From Tubiluchus corallicola (Eukaryota > Animalia > Priapulida): 64,000 nucleotides of DNA. Shown here in pieces: positions 12,674-26,897 of the stretch. Position numbers and translations under genes: made by a program. Position 1 is the stretch's first letter. Every line of letters begins with the position of its first letter. The notes under the pieces are model-generated. The model had not been told where the DNA came from, did not search any database, and saw only the letters and a list, made by a program, of their open reading frames with translations. The stretch is taken from NCBI GenBank assembly GCA_030141605.1, contig JAQGDQ010002370.1:213167-277166 (forward strand), in the 5' to 3' direction.

Positions 12674-15600
12674 TCAAGCTTCACTCTCTGTTGGCTGGTT
12701 CCCAGTGTCATCTTCCAATATAGGAACGATCAAGTTGTCCTTGGACATCAGATTGTATTTCGTAACAAACATGGTAAACCTCTTACATAAGTGGGTGTCA
12801 TTCTAAACAGAAAAAACTCATTCAAAGAGTTCTGTAAACATCAAACCAGCAGTAAAATACAAAGCATGGTGTTTGTAAAGTGTCATTTAATTTAAATGAA
12901 AACATTTGCAAAACTACTTTTAGGCAACAAATTAAACAACTTTTATCTTAAAACCTACTGCCAACACTGGGCTAGAAAAACATTTTATCTATTATAATTT
13001 ACAGTAAACCTTTGATTAAATTGTTTAAACTTTTGTAATGTGGTAAGAGTAACATCTTTTTGACAAAGAGTTACTTTTCCAGTCAAGTAACTTAAACTGT
13101 AATTACACTTTCCTTGTAAAAATAAAGTAAAGACTGTTACTCACCTAACATAACTAGCTAACTTACAACTCTGTGTTGGTTATCAATATTTACAAGATGA
13201 AACTGCCTGACACACATAAGGCTAATTCATACAATGAATGGGCAAATTTTCATGAATTTATTCTTACTTAAATGCACTTAAATATAATGACATAATTATT
13301 AGAGTGTACAATAGCAGTATGTAATAAAAGACAATGGAAATTGGAAGGGCCTGGATTCAAATCCTCGACCTTGAGCAAAGAGAATGGGCATTGGCAAAGC
13401 AAGGCCTATGCAATGGCTCATCACATTGTTGTGCTTTTAGGTTTTCCATGCAGAGAGGAACACCAGAACAGTTAAATGTTTTCTACGTGTACTCTAAACA
13501 GCTAATGCTAGTACAAAGAAAATAGAAAACATGTATTTGTCTGTGCCAGGCTTAACTACTTAATGGTTGTTATTAGTGGTTAAGTTGTTCTTGCTTATCG
13601 AACATTCTTATTTGTTTGCACTTCTTTTCAGCAGGAGCAAAGTCATTTAGGCAAGAGCCAAACACTGGATAACACTTAAAGAAAACACACTGAATCTTAA
13701 ATAATGTGGTACATATTGTGTATGTTAGCCATAAAATGAGAAACTTATTGGTGATGGGGAAAATAAATTCTAGAAATACTAAGGAAAAGGCATACCTCAA
13801 ATTCATCAAAAAGTTCTCTGTGATGGAAATATGCATGGGAAAATATTCTGTACACACGTCGACATACAGAACCAAGTTTTGCTACTGAAGATTCTTTTAT
13901 ACTGACCCTGCAAAAACACATGTAACATTCACACCCTCAAAATAATTATCACTAGTATTACACAAATTAAAATGTGCAGGAAGACGCATCATAATTACAT
14001 AATGCCGAATATTGTAAAAGAGTAAAATATTTTTAACTTCACTGGTTAATTATATAGAGACAAACAATGAAACTAATGAATGCAGTAAAAAGTGAAAAAA
14101 AACAATAAGATTAAATACACAAAAAAAAAACTATTACAGATTGTTATGTAAATGTCAATACTGTCAATTAGTAGAAGCATTAATACCTGCTAGGGAAATA
14201 CTTGTTGCTGTTAAGCAAACATGCAGCTCCATCTAGTGTGTGTCTAGTGTAATCAATTGCTGGACACTGAAAGCAAATTTTCTGTTTAACAAAACTTTCA
14301 AAAAGCAGCAAGTCACTCTGAAATAATACACAGTTTAGAAGTTTAAATTATTGGAAAAAAAGCCATTTATTTTTATAATTTGCCATTGACTAGTATTTTC
14401 AGGTAAAAAAAAATAAACTCACTTCTTTAGGTGTTTTGTGTGCAGCACAGAGAAAAATCCATTGTTCAGTTGCTGTCATTTGCGTACAAGTTTCAGGCTG
14501 GCATTCACCCTAAGAACAACAAAAAGGCGTCAGTGAGTTGTTAGCAAAACTACCATACTTAATAACAAAAGTAGTAACAATCTTCAATACAGAAGGAGTG
14601 TAATCAATTATTGAATTTTATATTAATGTTTGTAAATTTAATCAATTGTAAACATTTGCTAAGCAATATATAAATAATAATAATAATAATAATAATAATA
14701 AACCAACAAATTAGATTTCTTGTTGTACCATTATCTTTTGGTTTATTGCTTTATAAATTTAATACAAATCACTAGGTCAGAAAGTGGTTAGTAAAAATGA
14801 ATAAGCTTTCCATTTTTCAAATGTTCTACCTTTTTCAATGAATAAAACAATATCAAAATGAAAATAATGGTCACTAAACGTATGCATATTATTTATAATA
14901 AAAATCCACGCTAGTTACACAAAGTTCATGTGAAATGCTCACTTACTTTAAAATTTTGAATGAAAGCAAAGAACTGCTATATAAACATTCAAATTACGGT
15001 GTCATATAAGCTTAAGTTCATAGACTTCAGATTAGCACTGTACCTGTAGTTTTACAGCCAGTCCATTTAGTTCTAAACAAAATTGACGAAGATGTTCATA
15101 TTTCCACACCCCTTCGTCCTGACCTTCTGGAGGTGTAAGAATTTCAGCTATGTTCATAGGATCTTTTCGTATTGTTTGCTGGATAAACTACATATGTAGA
15201 AACAGGTTTATAATGCTCGATGAATTCTGTAATAAGCTGCTTCGTTCTGTTTTTGTTACTGGATATTCAAATGCTTATATAATAGACCGACAATATACTG
15301 ATTATTAATAAGCTAGACAATATTATAGTTGAAGTATCAGAAATTCAATATAATTCCACTTAGCTGATGTTTCTTTATTAAACAGGTAAATCAAACTAAA
15401 GCAACAAAGTATTAGAATTTCATGTAACTGATGGGTACTGGAAAAATGTTTGTTATGTATTCAACGAGCATTTATATGCACATATTAATATGAAAATCCT
15501 ATAGTAACAATTTCAAATTCTTAAGCTAACCCAGCATCAACCAAACGTTGTTTGCTCGTACTTTATTTTAATATAAAATGCAGCTGTATGCTGTAACTAA

Positions 15601-18600
15601 TACTAATTTATATTGCTGGTATTAGAGCACTTAGATTGCATAGTTTCCAGCAACAACCCCCCAGATTTAGATGCAAATATGCAGCAAAAAAAATTTGATT
15701 TGGTTTATAATTAGTGATTAATTTACAATTCTAAATCTCGTCTAACGGAGGATCACAAACTGTTTCAAAAATTTAAATAGGACCATCCCGATATCGAGCA
15801 GAAAACTTAACTTTAAGTGAAAGCCAGAAGCTTAACACAGAAAACAGCAATTCGTCATGCTTTCATACTCAAACCGCAAAAAGAAAAACTTTAATCACAA
15901 TCAAACAAAAATATTAATTATTCTGATACCTGCTGTACAGCCAGTGTGCTATCCATTTCCTCAAATGGTTCTTCTGGCCATTTTGAAAAATCCTACAGAA
16001 AAATAATAATTTCATTTACACAGGTACACCATTTACTTTAGTTCAGAGTAATAATGATCTTTATTTAAAGTTGATTTTAAGTTCAACATACATCACGAGA
16101 GTCTGGCAATATGGCGTACCTTGGGAAAACTGAAACCACAACAACTTTGACACTTTTCCAAAGACATATAATTTTCAAAGTCTTCCAGAAAAATTCACAG
16201 TATTTTTTATCCCACAAAATTTGTACTGCTAAATTAATTTTTATTCTATATTTCAAGACAAGGAAGTCAAAGAAGTCAAGAATGAAATAAATGGTTTTAT
16301 AGACATATATTTAATACAAATAGTTCATAAACTGACAAAATGGAATTTGTAAAAAACTAAAACAGGTTCCATTCTTTAAATTAAATTACTGTACTGTACT
16401 AAATTATCTATGTTTAGTTTAATTAATGGAAGATATCACACTTTGTATACATTATACTGTAATTTCCACAATGATAAATTATGTGATGTATACCTTACCT
16501 GTATATATTTAGTGCTACTGTACTAAGTTACCTGTATGTACTCATACTAGGCACCTGAACTTATAAACACTTAAGTATAAATCTAGAAAAATATTTTTGT
16601 CTGCCATTAAACCATGGAATGTTGAACAATGAACATGCCTAGATGTGCAAAGCAGCATTCTGGATTAAGTATGAGAGAAGTAAGCTGTTAACTGGCCAAG
16701 AACACTCAAATCATTCAATAAGAGACTGCACCACACTGCATTACTAATTAATATAGTAGTGACCTGGTGTTAAGGCAGGGGGAGGTATTTTGTTAAAGGA
16801 AAGCAGGTAATTTGAAAGAAAATCCTCATTTTATTTTCTAAATTGCTTTGTCACTTAATAAGACATTCACTAGTTAGAGGTACTATGCGAATATTTACTT
16901 TTCAAACAATGAATGTTCATTCAGCCAATCTAGGTAATTTGTTAGTCCTTAGAAGTTTTTACTCACCAACAATAAGCCAAGCTCACCAGTGAGCACTAAT
17001 AAGCAGAAATGTAGTAAAACAGAATTTTAAGAAACTTCCATCCTAATGTCAAGCATCTGCTGTGTCAGATAATGGATAAAAAATTGTCTTGGAACAAGTA
17101 CAAGAGTAGGGATGTGCGGTTGCTATTACTGGGCGAACGTACAAGGCTTCACTAGTTTTTTTTATTTGGGACACTATAATAACTTTCCTGTTTTTGTTCA
17201 GGGTCTATTCTATTAACTGCGTAGGCCAAATAACAATGGCTCTGGCAAATCAATTTCTAGTACTGAATAGATACAGATTGTGAATCCTTATAGACATGAT
17301 AAAATAATGAATAAAAACCACTGTTAATTTTTCCAATAAATTTCTTCTTAATTTTCAACCCTAAAATTCTGAAATTTTTTCAAACACGAGAACCATCAGC
17401 CAACCCACTGGGCAGGCATTTAAGTCTGTGATATACACAGTCCAACAGTAGTCAGCAGCAGGAATTATAAGTGCGCTTGCAAACCAAAATCGTCAATAAG
17501 TTGGCATAACTAAAACTACGTTATGACGCTTCAAAGTAGAATGCACTAAAAATTTGGTCAAATATCAATTTTTTGTTTTTTATAAAATCAAATGTTAAAT
17601 ATATTGCACTTTTATATTCTGGCATCAAATTATCAAGATAATGTTCAAAAAGTACTAAAAATTTAATGTTATAAACCCCTATCCACTTTTCTGGCTAGAA
17701 ACTAGTAATGCAATTGTAAAAAACTTGTATTTTGAAACTCTGATAGTAGCTTGTGGAAGCAGCCATTTTGCTTCGGGTTTTTTTTGTTGCGAAGCCCAGA
17801 TCTTAATCAGGAAGTGCCATCTACTGGATTAAAACATAACTTCAATGTGTTCTTGCAAAGTCCATAGCAACCAACATTTGTGCGGTTGCTAAGTGTTTTG
17901 CAGAAACGTGATAAAAAACAATGGCTAACTTTAAAAGCGATTTTCTCAAGATTAAGTTTTTCAGTGCGCAGCCTACACTTCATCTTCAATGTGAATTATC
18001 TCAGCATAGAAATAACATAGAGTGATGAGCTTGGTATCAAAATGATCCTCACAAAATGGAAATTCAGGATATGTGAATAACTAGAAAAGCTTAATTGACA
18101 ATTATTTCACACTGAATCCAGCAAAACAATTTGTGGTCAATATCTTCAGCAGCATTAGCACAGTTAACTGTAAGCAACAGTAAGCCTTTTTACAATAAAA
18201 AGTATAAAGTTTACTCTTTAAAGTAAAAAAAATTGAACCAAAAACTTGCAATAAGAAAAAAGGCTTTAATGCCACTCTGACACACTTATTTAACGTACAT
18301 AATTCAGTTCAGGCACTCCTTACGACTTAACTGTTGAACAGTGATGCATCTTATATTTTTTGCACTCTAGTTGCATGCATCTGATATTCGGGAGCATTTT
18401 ATATTCTGTTTAATATATATAGAGCGTCTAATAATTATACTCTTCCTTTATAGTAATACTAACAGGAAGAATTCAAGATTCAAATGGTAAATCAGGTAAG
18501 TGACAGTTACATAGTGAATCAGTGCTAAGCCAATGTTTTATGTAGTTACTGCTGTCAATGTTGTTGCATTCCTGTAGCCTTATTCAGAATAAACTAAACT

Positions 18601-19161
18601 AAACTAAACAGTAAACTATTTTACCAACCTGAATTACTTCCAAGTTAAGGTGGCCTAACTCGGTACCATGACAACGGCATAAACTTCCTTTATATTTAGC
18701 CCACTAATGCTCATCTACATAACTTTGTGCAATGCTATAGTATACACCCTTCATGTGCCAACATAAATAAAAATTATAAAGACCACAAAAACTGCCTTAA
18801 CAGTTTTCGATGTGCTTAAGTTGAGGAAATGTTAATAATTTAGTTTTTTTACCTTCAGAATAACAATCACAGATAGTATATAACAATGAGTTACAAAGTT
18901 TAGAGAAGACATAAGAACTTTTATTTCACACATAACAAGATATGCAGATCGTAGTCAGTTGACAAGTAAATATTTAAATAATGTGGGGAAAGGGAACGAC
19001 CATACGGTCTTCTGCTCCCTTTCCCCTAGAAGGGCGCCGAAAACTACAGCGTTTTTATTTCAGTGATCGGTTAATGTTATCCCGGTTAGTTAGAAGTGTT
19101 AAACTACCTCAGCCTTAGTTCCTGGCCGATTTCTTCTCAAAACAACGATTGCATCCGACAT
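12674..19161 (-). CDS. MOB4: MOB family member 4 (phocein), STRIPAK complex component, 222 aa
   Basis: Exons 19161-19108 ([18 protein letters not shown]), 15992-15930 ([21 protein letters not shown]), 15187-15044 (..[30 protein letters not shown]), 14509-14423 ([22 protein letters not shown]), 14266-14187 ([27 protein letters not shown]), 13907-13796 ([29 protein letters not shown]), 12802-12674 (..[18 protein letters not shown]). All GT-AG, 669 nt, nearly identical to known phocein. Confidence 0.97.
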
Positions 19162-19732
19162 TTTGGTTTCTTCCGTATGTTCCATAACAACAAAGAAATC
19201 TGACCGCGCAGTATGCACCGATCAGTTAACTTCCGTCCTACAACGCGCACCTTGAATGAAACCAGAGAGACAAATTATGATTAGTTACATATTTACAAAA
19301 AAAACATTACACTCAAAATTGTACAACGAAAAATAAACACAATAAATAAATAATTTAGCGAAAAATAACAATATTAACTTTCAAATTTTTACTCAATAAT
19401 AGAAAATACTATAAAAGAATACCACTGATCACTATAGTGACCAATTATAATTGCAAAACAAGCACATTTTTAAATGGCTGTGTAATGATAACGACTTTTA
19501 TCAGACTGTGTATACGTTCTTTAACGCAAAGTTGACAAAAATGCTGTAGTTTTCAGCATTTTTATATTTTCTTAAGCACATCGAGTTGAGGTGGATGGGT
19601 TTTTTCTGGTCTTTACAGTTTATATTTGTACTGGCACGTGAAGGGTGTACAGCAGTGCGCAAAGTCATGTAGTCGAGCATTAGTGGGTTAAACCTGAAGG
19701 AAGTTTATTAAAGTTAACATAACATGTCATGG
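18666..19732. repeat. Imperfect inverted duplication flanking MOB4 exon 1 and promoter
   Basis: Left arm 18666-18820 plus 19036-19056 is the reverse complement of right arm 19571-19732 plus 19537-19557, e.g. CCCACTAATGCTC/GAGCATTAGTGGG, TCGATGTGCTTAAG/CTTAAGCACATCGA, GCCGAAAACTACAGCGTTTTT/AAAAATGCTGTAGTTTTCAGC. Confidence 0.85.
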
Positions 19733-22342
19733 AATCAATTCATAAGTTCACCAGCAGCACATCACAACATCTCACATGATCGGTACGTAAATTTTACGTT
19801 AACACAGTATTCACTCACACATTGAAGTAAATAACCTCAGTATACACGTATCGTCACCTTAGTTTCAGTTAATTTTCTTGCCAGTGTATTTATTTTATTT
19901 CAGACCCCCCTTTAAAGTAGTCAGCTCTCGCATATAAGTATAATGAAACGTCTATAAAATCCTTTTTTCTTTTTGCTACACTGACTGCATTTCCTTCTCA
20001 AATGGCTAATGTCATAGGCTAAAATTGATTGATTAGTATAGCAATGCGAAAAATATGGCTCCCACACAGTGACACAACTGTATGCTTCGCTCTCTCAAGT
20101 CGGACTTCACAATCTCCAAATTTGTTCATCAACACCAAGGCTGAACTGTTGCCTACTTTGCATCAGCATCGAATTACTTAAGAAAACCGATTTCGCAATA
20201 TTGGGTGTGGCTCTACTAGACGCCTGCCATCTTCTTGTAATTTCAACCGAAACTCTGTAATAATAAATAATAATAATAAAACCTTTTCATCACAATTTTT
20301 TCCAATAAATCACTATCTAACATTTTACCATCCAATATCTCAATTGTCGAAAGCCACTTCAAAGAAGATCTTGACATTTATCCACATTTGTTAGTATTCA
20401 ACATAGATACTGGAGAAGAATGAAATCTTAGTGTTCCATTTGCTTGTGCAGGCGGGCTGCTGCTATTTGCCAGGTTATTTTTTAATGGCTCCCTGAATGC
20501 ACCTAGCATTTCATGATGTCAAATTACCATTCTTAGAACATTTATTGATGCATATCGTTTAGTTTACTGTTGTTTTGAAGGCAGACTTGCCAGTTTCGTG
20601 AATAAACCACTAGCAGTATGCAATTATAGCAGATAAACAGCAAAATTAATCTATGATCCACAATACTGACAATAAAGGCCTGTTCAGTCTGTCTAATGTT
20701 CACTAGTTTACCCACTATTGCAAGCAACCTTGGCAATACAATTTATTCTGTTATGCAGTTACAAAGTATGTGAAATTCTCTACTTATACGTGTAAGACTT
20801 TTTTCAGGTGTTTCCCCCGAAAAATAATTAAAACCCTAGTTGTAAGTAACGATGCTTTCGAGGGAATCAAAACCTTCGCTATAGCTTAAATAACAATAAT
20901 AAGTCACCGAGGTTTCCTGTTGGCTGGAAAAAGAAAGAAGCCATACAACCTGTTAAATGCTCATCAGTACATTCTTTTGTTGTTATTAATGATAATGGGT
21001 GCGTGTCGGTGTGGACGTGCTAATTTAACACAAGCAGTGGTAAATTACTACTGGATACAATAATAGTACTATGATTAATGCAACAATACTGAACCACTGT
21101 TTCTTGTAGAAGGTTACCCGTATGTTTTCAAGAAGTATTGCAATATAATGAGCTGGGCATGTCTCTCCTTGAATTACTGCTCCGATTATATATATATATA
21201 TATATATATATCCCCCAAGTTTGCAGACTGTGCTAGTTATATAGGCAGTTGGCATAGAGGCTTCACATTTTAGTATTGAAGGCATGCCAGGTTCTCTATT
21301 GTTTCAGCAGTACCCTGATGTAATAAATTGGCATGATACTTTTTGTTGTGCACTATTACTCATTTTTTACACTCCTGTAGCAAAAAGTTATGTGTAACGC
21401 TCATTCATCCAGTAATTCCTGTATTACTATTCAATTCAATTCAATTTAATTCAAGTTGATTTTCTCAATAACAGTTAAAAATTCGACATGATTTATTAAG
21501 ATTTTAATGCAACTGAGAAAGGCCTATTGGTCACTTGATTTTTACATGTAATACATGTTTACTTACAGGCACATGACATTTTTGGTGATTATTATAAAAA
21601 AACATTACAGTATTAAAAATAGATTGTGCATACTTAATCACTTAATCTAGTCAAATTTTTAAAGAATGGAGAAATAGTAAGAGACAATTTCATGATACCT
21701 GAATACAAGGTTACATTTTAAATAATAATAATAGTTATACTATAATTATGCATAAATTTATGATAAAAATGAAACAGACACAGTAATGTCAAAATGCAAT
21801 ACAAAAACAAATCAATAAATATATCTCATATCAAATGAAAACAGAAAAAGCAAACAAAATTCTGCAAAGCAAACAAAAATTATCAAAGAATAAAATGATT
21901 ATATCAAGCAAAACTCAATTCAACTCAAGGTAAAAAGAAGTTATCACAAGCAAAGCAAAACAGAATTCAGCTTAAAGCAAGAAATTATATCAAGCAAAAG
22001 CAACAAAAAATCAACTCAAGGCAGGACTTAAGTAAAGCTATTCGTAGCAGTCCAGCAGAAAATGTAATAATCCCTCTAGTCGTTATTATTATGGAATGCT
22101 GAGTCGAATTCACAGTCTTCTCTACAATAAAACAATATAAACTGAACAGGTTAGCTCAGAGTAAACTTGTCATCATTCAGGCTCTTGCCTTTTGCGTGCC
22201 TCTGTTACGGCTTTTGCTTGTCATGCATGATAAATTTGTGTAACTTAATTATTAAATTTTTAAATACACTTTTTATGTGTATAATCTGTAAAAGAGAAAT
22301 ATCGCTATTTATTAGTTTGTCATTACATTTCATTTAGTTACC

Positions 22343-25300
22343 ATGGTAAGTCTAATATTTATTTACCCTCAATATTTATTAATTCATAAATTGAATTCCC
22401 TCGCATAGTTAAACAGTATCTAAAAGTTGAAGCTGTGAAAAAGTGTGATGATATGATAAAACTGAGATTTATGGAAAATAGTGTGGAAATTTTGGGAACA
22501 GGCAATAAATTATGTGATGGAGTGTGATGAAAAAACTGTGTATGAAATTACTGAATTGAAATTAAAGATGATCAAATTAAAGTGTAATTATAAAAATAAG
22601 TGTAAGGATGATTTAATCTGTCCACTGTGTGCGAAGGAGTGTGATACGAATGAATATCTGTTGAAATGTGAAGTAGCTAAAAAGTGTTTGGAAATCGTAA
22701 TGAACGAAGCAGATCTATGTTCAGTAAACACGGGCACACTAGTACTGCTAGTAGTAAGAGTCAATGCTTGGATCAGACAAGTGATAAAATTTAGAGAAAT
22801 CTTGGGGCTCAGTGTAGAGGTGTAAGATCAACAGCGTGACAGGATGCACTTTTCTTTTTGGCTTGCTCCTTTATGATGTGGATATACAGAGCTTGACAGA
22901 AATATCAGAATAGCCTCTGTGAATCGCCTCACAGATGTATCAGCTTAGTGTGGATGCAAGTCTCTGACTATTATGATGATAATATGCGTGTAATATTCAG
23001 TGGTAATTGTAAATTACGACATATTGTATTTTATTAAGATTCTGCTTCACGGCAGAATGTTCTTGTTAATATTGTTTTATTTGTTTTCGTAATAAGACCA
23101 ACAGAGCTTCTTCGTGGCATTTTGCTTCTGTAATTACTAGTGTCTCTCTCCACAAGTTTGCAAGGGCTAAACACTGTACTGATTGTATTCTTCGTCATAG
23201 TTTCCATCCATATCTGCTCCTGCAAAAAATTTTCTGCAACATATACAATCTTCCACAGAGTTTGATGCCTTCAACAGTTTTAATGCAGTAGATGACTCTG
23301 TTCTGTCAATTAACGAAGCACTTGAATAATTCTTTCATATGTTTGACAGTATTCTAAAGTATGAATGACCATTTAAGATACTATCAAGGAAGTAAGCAGA
23401 AATATTTAGGAAACCTTGGATAATGCCTAGGGTCCTTGACCGTAGGAGCGGTTATTATTCACCATACAACTTTCCATGCCCCTGCCCTACATTGTGAATT
23501 TAACTCGAAGTCCTAGGTGTTGAAAGGTTATCAAATGCCTGACTAGTTTCCAGTGTCCTTGACCTTGTCGTTTATCACTCCAGTTTTAAAGCACAAGAAA
23601 ACCTTTCACATCATAAAGCTTAAAAATTCGTCTCCAAATTTTATGCCACTTATGTACTACCTTTTCATATGCATGGCTTGCATCGGCCGTAACGCTGTAT
23701 AAGACATGTAAATTTAAACTCCCGCGATGGCCGTTAGGCACAGCCATTTTAATGGTAGGTCGTTTGAAACAAGTCTTGATAACATTGAGTAAAGTTTGAA
23801 AAAATAATCAGAGCATTAATAGCATACATGTTGCTAATTAAGTAAAATTTTAAATTACTGTATCTTGTCAATAAGATTAAAAATACGTTTTTGGTTAGTG
23901 AGTGTCGCACCCTGGAGGGTGTGTCAGTGACATTTTACCGACTGGCACAAGCATTTTAAATTATTAGTCTAGTTAGATAAGTCTTTCCAGCAGGTAAGTG
24001 AACTGCTAAGTAATATAGATTTGCACGGAAAGTTTTTTGGGTCACAATTTAACATTGCCCTTTCTTCCCTTGATTTACATGGCATAGTGACGTCATGGAA
24101 TGGCACCGTCGAAACAGTATTGCGGGAGATTTAAAATGCAAACAAACGAAAATTCCTTTCAACGCGAACACGATTGTATGTGCATAAAATTGTTGTAAAG
24201 CAATATCATTTTTCAAGGCGATTTTTCTGAAACCTACTTCAGGTGCCCCTTTTCTTGTCCTTTAAGCCCCTTTATTAATCTTAATTTCTACTAACCTTGT
24301 ATATTTAATGGTTTATTGTTTTATTTTGATGTATAAGTAGGTGCTGCATTTAAATATTTGATCTTTTTCAGAGTATACTTGCGTACAACGGCGGTGTGGT
24401 AATGGCCATGAAGGGGAAGGATTGTGTGGCTATTGCCTGTGATAGAAGATTTGGTATTCAGGGGCAAACAATTTCCATGGATTTTGACAAAGTTTTTGAG
24501 ATGAGTCCAAAATTATATGTTGGTTTGCCAGGTTTAGCAACAGATACACAGACAGTGTAAGTGTTGTGCTACCATCAAGTATAAAATAAAATGTGTGCAG
24601 ATTTACTATATTGTAATGATAAGCATTTAGCTTTGTGCTTAGACCTAATCGTAATGTTAAGAGCTAGTCGGCTGTCTTAGCGTACTCTGTGTAACTTCAC
24701 CTTCAAAACCGATGTTAATTAGTACCGTCCTGATTTGATTTTACGAATAACTTAAACAGTAAAAAAAGACATTATTTTGCCAGACATTGTGTAGATAGTT
24801 TGTTGTAAGCTGAAAGTTACAAGCTTATTTTCTCATTATTTTGTGCAAATTGTTTGATAATTAAATAAAAAAGTGTCTTAGTCTTGGTTTCGTACATTTA
24901 ATGCTTTGTTATGATAGGTTACAATTGGTACCTATTCAGGTTCTTTTTACTTTCAGTGCTCTAAGATTAAAGTTTAAAGTTAATCTGTATACTCTGCGGG
25001 AGAACAGGCCATTAAAGCCAAAAACCTTTATGAGCATTGTTTCAAATCTTCTGTATGAAAGAAGGTAAGGAGTTTATATCTTTTATGTTATTCACGTCCA
25101 TTGCATAGTTGTTAATACATGCACGCATGTAAAACCTTTACATATTGGAAAATAAATCATATACATACTAATATTAACAGATAGCCAACTACTATTGTAT
25201 TTTGCATTATTAAAACAGTGCTTTCTTTGCCTATTCCTAGTGACCACCTCCCCAGTTGTTCAGTAATAACTAATTCTTGATTTGGCTTTTGGAATACCTA

Positions 25301-26897
25301 TCGCTCTGTTTTCAATGCTGACATTTTTACAAAATTAGTCACATCTGCAAATTTAGAACTTTCAATTTCATTGAAATTAAATTAAGGCATGTGATCCGTA
25401 AATACAATGGATTTAATAAAATAATGCCCAAAGTGCCTTTGAGTCCATTATGGCATAATTTAGTCTGCCAAGTTTCCCACTATTTTTAGTTAACCATAAT
25501 TGTTAAAAGTTTTGTAGTTTAACTAGAGTGAATACGGGTATACTGAGTTTGAATTTGAACAGTTGGTTTTATTTTTATTTTGTTATATTATGGTAAGTCT
25601 CAAAAACGTTATGACTTTATTTGCAGTTAAGTACAAAATGTCATGCTTGATATTAATACTCAAAAGTATTATTGCTGTTGACTATATGAGAAACTTTCAT
25701 TAAGTAATTAAGACTTGGAAATGCCCGGATTATACATGTATTTTTTATCTTTAGGTTTGGCCCGTATTTTGTTGAACCAGTTATTGCTGGACTAGATCCA
25801 CAGACTAATGAACCATTTATATGTTCATTGGATCTTATTGGTTGTCCTATGGTCACTGATGATTTTGTCGTGAGTGGGACGGCTAGTGAGCAAATGTATG
25901 GAATGTGCGAATCTTTATGGGAACCTAACTTGGTAAGACACAACTTTTTCTTAGAAAACGTAGCCCAACTATTAAGATGCATGGCTCAGGTTTGACTTGT
26001 AGTATTATGGCTTATTTACTATTGTGAAAATCTGAAATGTTTCTTTTGTTAATATCTTGCAAATGATTTGACTTGTGAATCTATTGGCAGTAACACATCG
26101 TTATCTAGTTAGGTGAGAACAGTTTTCAGTACGGATATGTCCCTTTGTTTAAGCTTGTTTTTTTAATAGGGTCCAGATGAATTATTTGAATCTATATCAC
26201 AAGCTTTGCTAAATGCTGTTGATAGAGATGCCATTTCAGGTTGGGGTGCAAAAGTATGGATCATGTAAGTGCTTTAAATAATCTTTTCTGCTTTTGTGCT
26301 TTTAAGTATGCTTGTAGTTTTGCTGAAGGATCATTAATAATAAACCAAAGTGCTCATTATAAACAAACCCTGCAGCCTAAAACTAGATTTTTATTTTAAT
26401 GGACGTAAACTGTAAGCGTTTGCATATTTTTGACATGTACATAGTTATATAGTTATATTGTCTTCACTAACAGTACAAGTTTACAAGATTGTTAGTGTTA
26501 TTAATGTGTATTGAGAGTTTTCCAAGCTCAGTTATGCACGGTTTTGCGTGCTTCTCTTAAATTGTAGAAAATCAGAAGATTGTTGTACACTGCTCATAAG
26601 ATTTGTATTTCATTAAATCATGAGAGTTCTTCAATACAGTAAAGTTGTTGATATTACAATTTAAATAAGTATAAGTAAATTTTAATGTAGACAGTAGTAT
26701 GAGCCGCAAAGCAAAAGAGAAAGTGTAAGGGACACAGCACTCTATCTCGAGAGTTAGATTGTAATAGTGTCAATTAGATACTGACAAAGCATTATTTTAT
26801 CATTACGTTTTTTATCATGTTGTATTAAAGGTAATTGTTTTTTTGCAGTGAAAAAGACAAAGTGACAGTGCGGACTTTAAAAACTAGAATGGATTGA
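22343..26897 (+). CDS. PSMB3: Proteasome subunit beta type-3, 205 aa
   Basis: Exons 22343-22345 (ATG|gtaagt; the least certain exon), 24372-24556 ([42 protein letters not shown]), 24957-25064 (..NLLYERR), 25755-25932 ([48 protein letters not shown]), 26170-26264 (..[12 protein letters not shown]..), 26849-26897 ([15 protein letters not shown]). 618 nt, matching the canonical PSMB3 length. Confidence 0.96.
22410..22985 (+). mobile_element. 3' fragment of a non-LTR retrotransposon (LINE) in PSMB3 intron 1
   Basis: ORF 22481-22825 contains [38 protein letters not shown], the C-terminal CxxC..E(H/Y)LL.C zinc-knuckle typical of LINE ORF2. A short 3' UTR follows and ends in a TAT/GAT/AAT simple-repeat tail (~22968-22984). 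Confidence 0.7.
23590..24261 (+). mobile_element. Kolobok-like non-autonomous DNA transposon (MITE), copy 1, in PSMB3 intron 1
   Basis: TTAA on both sides (23586-23589 and 24262-24265). Termini AGCACAAGAAAA ... TTTTCTTGTCCT form a short imperfect TIR with AG..CT ends. Internal sequence is shared with 30440-31079 and 35489-36085. TTAA target duplication with purine-purine 5' ends fits Kolobok better than piggyBac. Confidence 0.8.

Noticed and set aside
13340-13430. tRNA B-box-like GGATTCAAATCC in MOB4 intron 6
   Set aside because: No cloverleaf or A-box can be built; at most a decayed SINE head.
20900-20972. Minus-strand CTGATGAG...GGAAAC hammerhead-like core
   Set aside because: The cleavage triplet would be GUG and stems I and II do not close properly.
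22872-22968. C/D-box snoRNA-like ATGATGT...CTGA in PSMB3 intron 1
   Set aside because: Imperfect box C, no terminal stem, and it lies within the 3' UTR of a LINE fragment.
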